Shown piece by piece: positions 22,495-36,600 of a DNA stretch of 64,000 nt. The notes under the pieces are model-generated. The model did no database searches. It saw only the letters and a list, made by a program, of their open reading frames with translations, and had not been told where the DNA came from. Numbering within the stretch: the first letter of the stretch is position 1; every line of letters begins with the position of its first letter. The translations under genes and the position numbers were made by a program. The stretch comes from Eledone cirrhosa (taxonomy: Eukaryota), in NCBI GenBank assembly GCA_964016885.1, contig OZ024743.1, positions 243,784,001 through 243,848,000 on the forward strand, written 5' to 3'.

Positions 22495-22917
22495 TAGTGG
22501 TGGCAGTCATGGTAGTGGTGTTAGCGGTGGTAACGCTAGGGGTGGTGTTGGCGGTGGTGGTGGTAACAGTGTTGGTGTTGGTAGTAGTAGTGCTGTTGGC
22601 GGTAGTGATGGCGGTAGTGTTGGCGGCGGATGCGGTGTTGGTGGTGGTAGTGTTAGTGGTTGGAGTGGTGTAGCTGTTGTTGATGGCAGTGCTGGTAGTG
22701 GTGTTGGCAGCGGCAGTAGTGGTGGTGGTGGTGATAGCAGCATTAGGGGTGGTAGTGTCGAAGAATGGCTTGACAAACTACCAGTGATAAAAGCTGGGTT
22801 GGTTTGGAAAAGATGTAGAAGTCGACAACACACGCCCTTCCACACAGATGAACACTGATCGAGTACGTAGGTTGTTTTTACTCCTTCAGCGAACACACGG
22901 ATATAAGTTCACTGACA

Positions 22918-22970
<53 letters not shown>

Positions 22971-23121
22971 ACAGTAGGAACATCACCACCGCAAGTACTG
23001 CTATAACTACTACTAACACCACGACTACAACTATCATGACCACGGTGACGACGACGATGACCTCCCCACCTCCACCCACCCCACCATAACCACCCCCCAT
23101 CATCACCCTCCACCACAATCC

Positions 23122-23175
<54 letters not shown>
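22495..23175. repeat. Low-complexity trinucleotide region: degenerate (GGT)n, then (CTA)n/(CCA)n
   Basis: Directly visible; accounts for the poly-V/poly-S ORFs. Confidence 0.9.
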
Positions 23176-23475
23176 GAGATGATAAAATGTAGTGTGTGTC
23201 TGCATCCATATTTCTTCAAACACATACACATGCACATATATAGTCACACTCCCTTTTACACACGACCATATCCTCCAAATGGGCTCTCCCTTCCATGATC
23301 CCGCTCTCTCTATTTCCCTGTTGCGCCCCCTCTCTCTTACCCTCTCGGCTAATTGGTCGGATCTCCGCCAATTGTCTGTCAACTACAAATGACAGAAAAA
23401 TGTGTCTCACTCCACCTGCGTCCGACCTGTCCCAGACATCTGAATAAGTGACGAAGAATATTTTTCTGTGCGTTT

Positions 23476-23518
<43 letters not shown>

Positions 23519-23523
<5 letters not shown>

Positions 23524-23900
23524 ATACTTTGGGAGGGTCATGTTGCCAATAAGAAACACATGCACCAGTTACTTTCACTCCAATTTATTATAAATTAAAT
23601 TTATAAATTTAAGAATTTATAAATTTCCGGTTGGCTGGTTGGTTCCACAACCGGACGGTTGTTCATATATTGTCAAAGTTCTTTCGTCACACATTCTGTG
23701 ACCTCTTCAATGACTGGAGATTTTTCTCTTTGTTTTGTGCCTCTCCTTTGTACTGTCCTACGCCATCTTGTTTTTGTGTCTGTTGTGTGCTTAGTTTGCG
23801 CATCCGGGTGTTACATCCGGGTGTCTGTGTGTGTTTTTGTTTGTTTGTTTATTTACATGTTACTGGTTGATTGTTTGTTCTATGTGTGTGTGTTTTCATT
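23519..23900 (-). mobile_element. HHR-bearing Penelope-like terminal repeat
   Basis: Homologous to 55953-56300 and 5676-5850; abuts (TA)n. Confidence 0.65.
23672..23714 (-). ncRNA. Minimal type I hammerhead motif (C3U decayed)
   Basis: Minus strand: GTCA-TTGAAGA-G-GTCACA-GAATG-TGTGAC-GAAA-GAAC-TT-TGAC. Confidence 0.65.
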
Positions 23901-23906
23901 TTGTCC

Positions 23907-23937
<31 letters not shown>

Positions 23938-23940
23938 AAA

Positions 23941-24106
<166 letters not shown>

Positions 24107-24681
24107 TCAAGGAAGCGAGAAACGAACAAACAAGAGGATGCAATAACACGAAGTGTATTAGTTTTACGCTAAGAGGAAGAATAATGAGTAACTTTACACA
24201 CACACACACACACACGCACACACGCACGCACATATATGAAATTTCATAAAATTTCTCATCTCATGCTTTGGACTCTCTTTCATCCTTTCTCTTCCTCTCT
24301 CCGTTCAATATGTGGTTATATCTTAACCCGACCTTTTACAATACATATAGTATTCAGCTCTTTACAGCTACCCATCACGCTGAGAATCCTACAGTTTTAT
24401 GAAAATTCTTATACACGCAACGCTTCAAACCTTTTCAATTAATGTTTACTCCCTCCTCACACACACACAAACACTGACACACACAAACACACACTCATCT
24501 GTACGATGGTTTTCATTAAGTCTAGTAAGACCGTTATTCAACTCTTACTCCATACATACACATAGGTCTTGTATCGGTGTCACACCTACCTCCTGGAGAA
24601 ATTCCACCAACATTGCACGCACACCATACTAACATTTTACTGGAGTGACTATATCATCAACACAGGGGTCTTCGAAAAAGC

Positions 24682-27600
24682 CAAGACCTCCACTATCAAG
24701 ACCACTCTTCTGAAGACACAGCTGTGCTGGACAAGACCTCCAGTATCAAGACCACTCTTCTGAAGACACAGCTGGGCTGGACAAGACCTCCACTATCAAG
24801 ACCACTCTTCTGAAGACACAGCTGTGCTGGACAAGACCTCCAGTATCAAGACCACTCTTCTGAAGACACAGCTGGGCTGGACAAGACCTCCACTATCAAG
24901 ACCACTCTTCTGAAGACACAGCTGTGCTGGACAAGACCTCCACTATCAAGACCACTCTTCTGAAGACACAGCTGTGCTGGACAAGACCTCCAGTATCAAG
25001 ACCACTCTTCTGAAGACACAGCTGTGCTGGACAAGACCTCCACTATCAAGACCACTCTTCTGAAGACACAGCTGTGCTGGACAAGACCTCCAGTATCAAG
25101 ACCACTCTTCTGAAGACACAGCTGTGCTGGACAAGACCTCCAGTATCAAGACCACTCTTCTGAAGACACAGCTGTGCTGGACAAGACCTCCACTATCAAG
25201 ACCACTCTTCTGAAGACACAGCTGTGCTGGACAAGACCTCCAGTATCAAGACCACTCTTCTGAAGACACAGCTGCGCTGGACAAGACCTCCAGTATCAAG
25301 ACCACTCTTCTGAAGACACAGCTGTGCTGGACAAGACCTCCAGTATCAAGACCACTCTTCTGAAGACACAGCTGTGCTGGACAAGACCTCCAGTATCAAG
25401 ACCACTCTTCTGAAGACACAGCTGTGCTGGACAAGACCTCCAGTATCAAGACCACTCTTCTGAAGACACAGCTGTGCTGGACAAGACCTCCAGTATCAAG
25501 ACCACTCTTCTGAAGACACAGCTGTGCTGGACAAGACCTCCACTATCAAGACCACTCTTCTGAAGACACAGCTGTGCTGGACAAGACCTCCAGTATCAAG
25601 ACCACTCTTCTGAAGACACAGCTGCGCTGGACAAGACCTCCAGTATCAAGACCACTCTTCTGAAGACACAGCTGTGCTGGACAAGACCTCCAGTATCAAG
25701 ACCACTCTTCTGAAGACACAGCTGCGCTGGACAAGACCTCCAGTATCAAGACCACTCTTCTGAAGACACAGCTGTGCTGGACAAGACCTCCAGTATCAAG
25801 ACCACTCTTCTGAAGACATAGCTGTGCTGGACAAGACCTCCAGTATCAAGACCACTCTTCTGAAGACACAGCTGTGCTGGACAAGACCTCCACTATCAAG
25901 ACCACTCTTCTGAAGACACAGCTGTGCTGGACAAGACCTCCACTATCAAGACCACTCTTCTGAAGACACAGCTGTGCTGGACAAGACCTCCACTATCAAG
26001 ACCACTCTTCTGAAGACACAGCTGTGCTGGACAAGACCTCCACTATCAAGACCACTCTTCTGAAGACACAGCTGTGCTGGACAAGACCTCCACTATCAAG
26101 ACCACTCTTCTGAAGACACAGCTGTGCTGGACAAGACCTCCACTATCAAGACCACTCTTCTGAAGACACAGCTGTGCTGGACAAGACCTCCACTATCAAG
26201 ACCACTCTTCTGAAGACACAGCTGTGCTGGACAAGACCTCCACTATCAAGACCACTCTTCTGAAGACACAGCTGTGCTGGACAAGACCTCCAGTATCAAG
26301 ACCACTCTTCTGAAGACACAGCTGTGCTGGACAAGACCTCCAGTATCAAGACCACTCTTCTGAAGACACAGCTGTGCTGGACAAGACCTCCACTATCAAG
26401 ACCACTCTTCTGAAGACACAGCTGTGCTGGACAAGACCTCCAGTATCAAGACCACTCTTCTGAAGACACAGCTGTGCTGGACAAGACCTCCACTATCAAG
26501 ACCACTCTTCTGAAGACACAGCTGTGCTGGACAAGACCTCCAGTATCAAGACCACTCTTCTGAAGACATAGCTGTGCTGGACAAGACCTCCAGTATCAAG
26601 ACCACTCTTCTGAAGACACAGCTGTGCTGGACAAGACCTCCAGTATCAAGACCACTCTTCTGAAGACACAGCTGTGCTGGACAAGACCTCCAGTATCAAG
26701 ACCACTCTTCTGAAGACACAGCTGTGCTGGACAAGACCTCCAGTATCAAGACCACTCTTCTGAAGACACAGCTGTGCTGGACAAGACCTCCACTATCAAG
26801 ACCACTCTTCTGAAGACACAGCTGTGCTGGACAAGACCTCCAGTATCAAGACCACTCTTCTGAAGACACAGCTGTGCTGGACAAGACCTCCAGTATCAAG
26901 ACCACTCTTCTGAAGACACAGCTGTGCTGGACAAGACCTCCAGTATCAAGACCACTCTTCTGAAGACACAGCTGTGCTGGACAAGACCTCCACTATCAAG
27001 ACCACTCTTCTGAAGACACAGCTGTGCTGGACAAGACCTCCAGTATCAAGACCACTCTTCTGAAGACACAGCTGTGCTGGACAAGACCTCCACTATCAAG
27101 ACCACTCTTCTGAAGACACAGCTGTGCTGGACAAGACCTCCACTATCAAGACCACTCTTCTGAAGACACAGCTGTGCTGGACAAGACCTCCAGTATCAAG
27201 ACCACTCTTCTGAAGACACAGCTGTGCTGGACAAGACCTCCAGTATCAAGACCACTCTTCTGAAGACACAGCTGTGCTGGACAAGACCTCCACTATCAAG
27301 ACCACTCTTCTGAAGACACAGCTGTGCTGGACAAGACCTCCAGTATCAAGACCACTCTTCTGAAGACACAGCTGTGCTGGACAAGACCTCCACTATCAAG
27401 ACCACTCTTCTGAAGACACAGCTGTGCTGGACAAGACCTCCACTATCAAGACCACTCTTCTGAAGACACAGCTGTGCTGGACAAGACCTCCAGTATCAAG
27501 ACCACTCTTCTGAAGACATAGCTGTGCTGGACAAGACCTCCACTATCAAGACCACTCTTCTGAAGACACAGCTGTGCTGGACAAGACCTCCAGTATCAAG

Positions 27601-30600
27601 ACCACTCTTCTGAAGACACAGCTGCGCTGGACAAGACCTCCAGTATCAAGACCACTCTTCTGAAGACACAGCTGTGTTGGACAAGACCTCCAGTATCAAG
27701 ACCACTCTTCTGAAGACACAGCTGTGCTGGACAAGACCTCCAGTATCAAGACCACTCTTCTGAAGACACAGCTGTGCTGGACAAGACCTCCACTATCAAG
27801 ACCACTCTTCTGAAGACACAGCTGTGCTGGACAAGACCTCCACTATCAAGACCACTCTTCTGAAGACACAGCTGTGCTGGACAAGACCTCCAGTATCAAG
27901 ACCACTCTTCTGAAGACACAGCTGCGCTGGACAAGACCTCCACTATCAAGACCACTCTTCTGAAGACACAGCTGTGCTGGACAAGACCTCCAGTATCAAG
28001 ACCACTCTTCTGAAGACACAGCTGTGCTGGACAAGACCTCCAGTATCAAGACCACTCTTCTGAAGACACAGCTGTGCTGGACAAGACCTCCACTATCAAG
28101 ACCACTCTTCTGAAGACACAGCTGTGCTGGACAAGACCTCCACTATCAAGACCACTCTTCTGAAGACACAGCTGTGCTGGACAAGACCTCCAGTATCAAG
28201 ACCACTCTTCTGAAGACATAGCTGTGCTGGACAAGACCTCCACTATCAAGACCACTCTTCTGAAGACACAGCTGTGCTGGACAAGACCTCCAGTATCAAG
28301 ACCACTCTTCTGAAGACACAGCTGCGCTGGACAAGACCTCCAGTATCAAGACCACTCTTCTGAAGACACAGCTGTGTTGGACAAGACCTCCAGTATCAAG
28401 ACCACTCTTCTGAAGACACAGCTGTGCTGGACAAGACCTCCAGTATCAAGACCACTCTTCTGAAGACACAGCTGTGCTGGACAAGACCTCCACTATCAAG
28501 ACCACTCTTCTGAAGACACAGCTGTGCTGGACAAGACCTCCACTATCAAGACCACTCTTCTGAAGACACAGCTGTGCTGGACAAGACCTCCAGTATCAAG
28601 ACCACTCTTCTGAAGACACAGCTGCGCTGGACAAGACCTCCACTATCAAGACCACTCTTCTGAAGACACAGCTGTGCTGGACAAGACCTCCAGTATCAAG
28701 ACCACTCTTCTGAAGACACAGCTGTGCTGGACAAGACCTCCAGTATCAAGACCACTCTTCTGAAGACACAGCTGTGCTGGACAAGACCTCCAGTATCAAG
28801 ACCACTCTTCTGAAGACACAGCTGTGCTGGACAAGACCTCCACTATCAAGACCACTCTTCTGAAGACACAGCTGTGCTGGACAAGACCTCCAGTATCAAG
28901 ACCACTCTTCTGAAGACACAGCTGTGCTGGACAAGACCTCCACTATCAAGACCACTCTTCTGAAGACACAGCTGTGCTGGACAAGACCTCCACTATCAAG
29001 ACCACTCTTCTGAAGACACAGCTGTGCTGGACAAGACCTCCAGTATCAAGACCACTCTTCTGAAGACACAGCTGTGCTGGACAAGACCTCCAGTATCAAG
29101 ACCACTCTTCTGAAGACATAGCTGTGCTGGACAAGACCTCCAGTATCAAGACCACTCTTCTGAAGACACAGCTGTGCTGGACAAGACCTCCACTATCAAG
29201 ACCACTCTTCTGAAGACACAGCTGTGCTGGACAAGACCTCCACTATCAAGACCACTCTTCTGAAGACACAGCTGTGCTGGACAAGACCTCCAGTATCAAG
29301 ACCACTCTTCTGAAGACATAGCTGTGCTGGACAAGACCTCCAGTATCAAGACCACTCTTCTGAAGACACAGCTGTGCTGGACAAGACCTCCAGTATCAAG
29401 ACCACTCTTCTGAAGACACAGCTGTGCTGGACAAGACCTCCACTATCAAGACCACTCTTCTGAAGACACAGCTGTGCTGGACAAGACCTCCACTATCAAG
29501 ACCACTCTTCTGAAGACACAGCTGTGCTGGACAAGACCTCCACTATCAAGACCACTCTTCTGAAGACACAGCTGTGCTGGACAAGACCTCCAGTATCAAG
29601 ACCACTCTTCTGAAGACATAGCTGTGCTGGACAAGACCTCCACTATCAAGACCACTCTTCTGAAGACACAGCTGTGCTGGACAAGACCTCCAGTATCAAG
29701 ACCACTCTTCTGAAGACACAGCTGTGCTGGACAAGACCTCCACTATCAAGACCACTCTTCTGAAGACACAGCTGTGCTGGACAAGACCTCCACTATCAAG
29801 ACCACTCTTCTGAAGACACAGCTGTGCTGGACAAGACCTCCAGTATCAAGACCACTCTTCTGAAGACATAGCTGTGCTGGACAAGACCTCCACTATCAAG
29901 ACCACTCTTCTGAAGACACAGCTGTGCTGGACAAGACCTCCAGTATCAAGACCACTCTTCTGAAGACACAGCTGTGCTGGACAAGACCTCCACTATCAAG
30001 ACCACTCTTCTGAAGACACAGCTGTGCTGGACAAGACCTCCAGTATCAAGACCACTCTTCTGAAGACACAGCTGTGCTGGACAAGACCTCCACTATCAAG
30101 ACCACTCTTCTGAAGACACAGCTGTGCTGGACAAGACCTCCACTATCAAGACCACTCTTCTGAAGACACAGCTGTGCTGGACAAGACCTCCACTATCAAG
30201 ACCACTCTTCTGAAGACACAGCTGTGCTGGACAAGACCTCCACGTATCAAGACCACTCTTCTGAAGACACAGCTGTGCTGGACAAGACCTCCACTATCAA
30301 GACCACTCTTCTGAAGACACAGCTGTGCTGGACAAGACCTCCACTATCAAGACCACTCTTCTGAAGACACAGCTGTGCTGGACAAGACCTCCACTATCAA
30401 GACCACTCTTCTGAAGACACAGCTGTGCTGGACAAGACCTCCACTATCAAGACCACTCTTCTGAAGACACAGCTGTGCTGGACAAGACCTCCACTATCAA
30501 GACCACTCTTCTGAAGACACAGCTGTGCTGGACAAGACCTCCAGTATCAAGACCACTCTTCTGAAGACACAGCTGTGCTGGACAAGACCTCCACTATCAA

Positions 30601-33600
30601 GACCACTCTTCTGAAGACACAGCTGTGCTGGACAAGACCTCCACTATCAAGACCACTCTTCTGAAGACACAGCTGTGCTGGACAAGACCTCCACTATCAA
30701 GACCACTCTTCTGAAGACACAGCTGTGCTGGACAAGACCTCCACTATCAAGACCACTCTTCTGAAGACACAGCTGTGCTGGACAAGACCTCCAGTATCAA
30801 GACCACTCTTCTGAAGACACAGCTGTGCTGGACAAGACCTCCACTATCAAGACCACTCTTCTGAAGACACAGCTGTGCTGGACAAGACCTCCACGTATCA
30901 AGACCAACTCTTCTGAAGACACAGCTGTGCTGGACAAGACCTCCACTATCAAGACCACTCTTCTGAAGACACAGCTGTGCTGGACAAGACCTCCACTATC
31001 AAGACCACTCTTCTGAAGACACAGCTGTGCTGGACAAGACCTCCACTATCAAGACCACTCTTCTGAAGACACAGCTGTGCTGGACAAGACCTCCAGTATC
31101 AAGACCACTCTTCTGAAGACACAGCTGTGCTGGACAAGACCTCCAGTATCAAGACCACTCTTCTGAAGACACAGCTGTGCTGGACAAGACCTCCACTATC
31201 AAGACCACTCTTCTGAAGACACAGCTGTGCTGGACAAGACCTCCACTATCAAGACCACTCTTCTGAAGACACAGCTGTGCTGGACAAGACCTCCAGTATC
31301 AAGACCACTCTTCTGAAGACACAGCTGTGCTGGACAAGACCTCCACTATCAAGACCACTCTTCTGAAGACACAGCTGTGCTGGACAAGACCTCCACTATC
31401 AAGACCACTCTTCTGAAGACACAGCTGTGCTGGACAAGACCTCCACTATCAAGACCACTCTTCTGAAGACACAGCTGTGCTGGACAAGACCTCCACTATC
31501 AAGACCACTCTTCTGAAGACACAGCTGTGCTGGACAAGACCTCCAGTATCAAGACCACTCTTCTGAAGACACAGCTGCGTTGGACAAGACCTCCACTATC
31601 AAGACCACTCTTCTGAAGACACAGCTGTGCTGGACAAGACCTCCACTATCAAGACCACTCTTCTGAAGACACAGCTGTGCTGGACAAGACCTCCAGTATC
31701 AAGACCACTCTTCTGAAGACACAGCTGTGCTGGACAAGACCTCCAGTATCAAGACCACTCTTCTGAAGACACAGCTGTGCTGGACAAGACCTCCAGTATC
31801 AAGACCACTCTTCTGAAGACACAGCTGTGCTGGACAAGACCTCCACTATCAAGACCACTCTTCTGAAGACACAGCTGTGCTGGACAAGACCTCCAGTATC
31901 AAGACCACTCTTCTGAAGACACAGCTGTGCTGGACAAGACCTCCAGTATCAAGACCACTCTTCTGAAGACACAGCTGTGCTGGACAAGACCTCCAGTATC
32001 AAGACCACTCTTCTGAAGACACAGCTGTGCTGGACAAGACCTCCACTATCAAGACCACTCTTCTGAAGACACAGCTGTGCTGGACAAGACCTCCAGTATC
32101 AAGACCACTCTTCTGAAGACACAGCTGTGCTGGACAAGACCTCCACTATCAAGACCACTCTTCTGAAGACACAGCTGTGCTGGACAAGACCTCCAGTATC
32201 AAGACCACTCTTCTGAAGACACAGCTGTGCTGGACAAGACCTCCACTATCAAGACCACTCTTCTGAAGACACAGCTGTGCTGGACAAGACCTCCACTATC
32301 AAGACCACTCTTCTCTGAAGACACAGCTGTGCTGGACAAGACCTCCACTATCAAGACCACTCTTCTGAAGACACAGCTGTGCTGGACAAGACCTCCACTA
32401 TCAAGACCACTCTTCTGAAGACACAGCTGTGCTGGACAAGACCTCCAGTATCAAGACCACTCTTCTGAAGACACAGCTGTGCTGGACAAGACCTCCAGTA
32501 TCAAGACCACTCTTCTGAAGACACAGCTGTGCTGGACAAGACCTCCAGTATCAAGACCACTCTTCTGAAGACACAGCTGTGCTGGACAAGACCTCCACTA
32601 TCAAGACCACTCTTCTGAAGACACAGCTGTGCTGGACAAGACCTCCAGTATCAAGACCACTCTTCTGAAGACACAGCTGTGCTGGACAAGACCTCCAGTA
32701 TCAAGACCACTCTTCTGAAGACACAGCTGTGCTGGACAAGACCTCCAGTATCAAGACCACTCTTCTGAAGACACAGCTGTGCTGGACAAGACCTCCAGTA
32801 TCAAGACCACTCTTCTGAAGACACAGCTGTGCTGGACAAGACCTCCAGTATCAAGACCACTCTTCTGAAGACACAGCTGTGCTGGACAAGACCTCCACTA
32901 TCAAGACCACTCTTCTGAAGACACAGCTGTGCTGGACAAGACCTCCAGTATCAAGACCACTCTTCTGAAGACACAGCTGTGCTGGACAAGACCTCCACTA
33001 TCAAGACCACTCTTCTGAAGACACAGCTGTGCTGGACAAGACCTCCAGCTATCAAGACCACTCTTCTGAAGACACAGCTGTGCTGGACAAGACCTCCAGT
33101 ATCAAGACCACTCTTCTGAAGACACAGCTGTGCTGGACAAGACCTCCACTATCAAGACCACTCTTCTGAAGACACAGCTGTGCTGGACAAGACCTCCACT
33201 ATCAAGACCACTCTTCTGAAGACACAGCTGTGCTGGACAAGACCTCCAGCTATCAAGACCACTCTTCTGAAGACACAGCTGTGCTGGACAAGACCTCCAC
33301 TATCAAGACCACTCTTCTGAAGACACAGCTGTGCTGGACAAGACCTCCAGTATCAAGACCACTCTTCTGAAGACACAGCTGTGCTGGACAAGACCTCCAC
33401 TATCAAGACCACTCTTCTGAAGACACAGCTGTGCTGGACAAGACCTCCACTATCAAGACCACTCTTCTGAAGACACAGCTGTGCTGGACAAGACCTCCAG
33501 TATCAAGACCACTCTTCTGAAGACACAGCTGTGCTGGACAAGACCTCCAGTATCAAGACCACTCTTCTGAAGACACAGCTGTGCTGGACAAGACCTCCAG

Positions 33601-36600
33601 TATCAAGACCACTCTTCTGAAGACACAGCTGTGCTGGACAAGACCTCCAGTATCAAGACCACTCTTCTGAAGACACAGCTGTGCTGGACAAGACCTCCAC
33701 TATCAAGACCACTCTTCTGAAGACACAGCTGTGCTGGACAAGACCTCCAGTATCAAGACCACTCTTCTGAAGACACAGCTGTGCTGGACAAGACCTCCAC
33801 TATCAAGACCACTCTTCTGAAGACACAGCTGTGCTGGACAAGACCTCCAGCTATCAAGACCACTCTTCTGAAGACACAGCTGTGCTGGACAAGACCTCCA
33901 CTATCAAGACCACTCTTCTGAAGACACAGCTGTGCTGGACAAGACCTCCAGTATCAAGACCACTCTTCTGAAGACACAGCTGTGCTGGACAAGACCTCCA
34001 GTATCAAGACCACTCTTCTGAAGACACAGCTGTGCTGGACAAGACCTCCAGTATCAAGACCACTCTTCTGAAGACACAGCTGTGCTGGACAAGACCTCCA
34101 GTATCAAGACCACTCTTCTGAAGACACAGCTGTGCTGGACAAGACCTCCAGTATCAAGACCACTCTTCTGAAGACACAGCTGTGCTGGACAAGACCTCCA
34201 CTATCAAGACCACTCTTCTGAAGACACAGCTGTGCTGGACAAGACCTCCAGTATCAAGACCACTCTTCTGAAGACACAGCTGTGCTGGACAAGACCTCCA
34301 CTATCAAGACCACTCTTCTGAAGACACAGCTGTGCTGGACAAGACCTCCACTATCAAGACCACTCTTCTGAAGACACAGCTGTGCTGGACAAGACCTCCA
34401 GTATCAAGACCACTCTTCTGAAGACACAGCTGTGCTGGACAAGACCTCCACGTATCAAGACCACTCTTCTGAAGACACAGCTGTGCTGGACAAGACCTCC
34501 AGTATCAAGACCACTCTTCTGAAGACACAGCTGTGCTGGACAAGACCTCCACTATCAAGACCACTCTTCTGAAGACACAGCTGTGCTGGACAAGACCTCC
34601 ACTATCAAGACCACTCTTCTGAAGACACAGCTGTGCTGGACAAGACCTCCACTATCAAGACCACTCTTCTGAAGACACAGCTGTGCTGGACAAGACCTCC
34701 ACGTATCAAGACCACTCTTCTGAAGACACAGCTGTGCTGGACAAGACCTCCAGTATCAAGACCACTCTTCTGAAGACACAGCTGTGCTGGACAAGACCTC
34801 CAGTATCAAGACCACTCTTCTGAAGACACAGCTGTGCTGGACAAGACCTCCACTATCAAGACCACTCTTCTGAAGACACAGCTGTGCTGGACAAGACCTC
34901 CAGTATCAAGACCACTCTTCTGAAGACACAGCTGTGCTGGACAAGACCTCCAGTATCAAGACCACTCTTCTGAAGACACAGCTGTGCTGGACAAGACCTC
35001 CAGTATCAAGACCACTCTTCTGAAGACACAGCTGTGCTGGACAAGACCTCCACTATCAAGACCACTCTTCTGAAGACACAGCTGTGCTGGACAAGACCTC
35101 CACTATCAAGACCACTCTTCTGAAGACACAGCTGTGCTGGACAAGACCTCCACTATCAAGACCACTCTTCTGAAGACACAGCTGTGCTGGACAAGACCTC
35201 CAGTATCAAGACCACTCTTCTGAAGACACAGCTGTGCTGGACAAGACCTCCAGTATCAAGACCACTCTTCTGAAGACACAGCTGTGCTGGACAAGACCTC
35301 CAGCTATCAAGACCACTCTTCTGAAGACACAGCTGTGCTGGACAAGACCTCCAGTATCAAGACCACTCTTCTGAAGACACAGCTGTGCTGGACAAGACCT
35401 CCAGTATCAAGACCACTCTTCTGAAGACACAGCTGTGCTGGACAAGACCTCCAGCTATCAAGACCACTCTTCTGAAGACACAGCTGTGCTGGACAAGACC
35501 TCCAGTATCAAGACCACTCTTCTGAAGACACAGCTGTGCTGGACAAGACCTCCAGTATCAAGACCACTCTTCTGAAGACACAGCTGTGCTGGACAAGACC
35601 TCCAGTATCAAGACCACTCTTCTGAAGACACAGCTGTGCTGGACAAGACCTCCAGTATCAAGACCACTCTTCTGAAGACACAGCTGTGCTGGACAAGACC
35701 TCCAGCTATCAAGACCACTCTTCTGAAGACACAGCTGTGCTGGACAAGACCTCCAGTATCAAGACCACTCTTCTGAAGACACAGCTGTGCTGGACAAGAC
35801 CTCCAGTATCAAGACCACTCTTCTGAAGACACAGCTGTGCTGGACAAGACCTCCAGTATCAAGACCACTCTTCTGAAGACACAGCTGTGCTGGACAAGAC
35901 CTCCAGTATCAAGACCACTCTTCTGAAGACACAGCTGTGCTGGACAAGACCTCCAGCTATCAAGACCACTCTTCTGAAGACACAGCTGTGCTGGACAAGA
36001 CCTCCAGTATCAAGACCACTCTTCTGAAGACACAGCTGTGCTGGACAAGACCTCCAGTATCAAGACCACTCTTCTGAAGACACAGCTGTGCTGGACAAGA
36101 CCTCCAGTATCAAGACCACTCTTCTGAAGACACAGCTGTGCTGGACAAGACCTCCAGTATCAAGACCACTCTTCTGAAGACACAGCTGTGCTGGACAAGA
36201 CCTCCAGTATCAAGACCACTCTTCTGAAGACACAGCTGTGCTGGACAAGACCTCCAGTATCAAGACCACTCTTCTGAAGACACAGCTGTGCTGGACAAGA
36301 CCTCCAGTATCAAGACCACTCTTCTGAAGACACAGCTGTGCTGGACAAGACCTCCAGTATCAAGACCACTCTTCTGAAGACACAGCTGTGCTGGACAAGA
36401 CCTCCAGTATCAAGACCACTCTTCTGAAGACACAGCTGTGCTGGACAAGACCTCCAGTATCAAGACCACTCTTCTGAAGACACAGCTGTGCTGGACAAGA
36501 CCTCCACTATCAAGACCACTCTTCTGAAGACACAGCTGTGCTGGACAAGACCTCCAGTATCAAGACCACTCTTCTGAAGACACAGCTGTGCTGGACAAGA

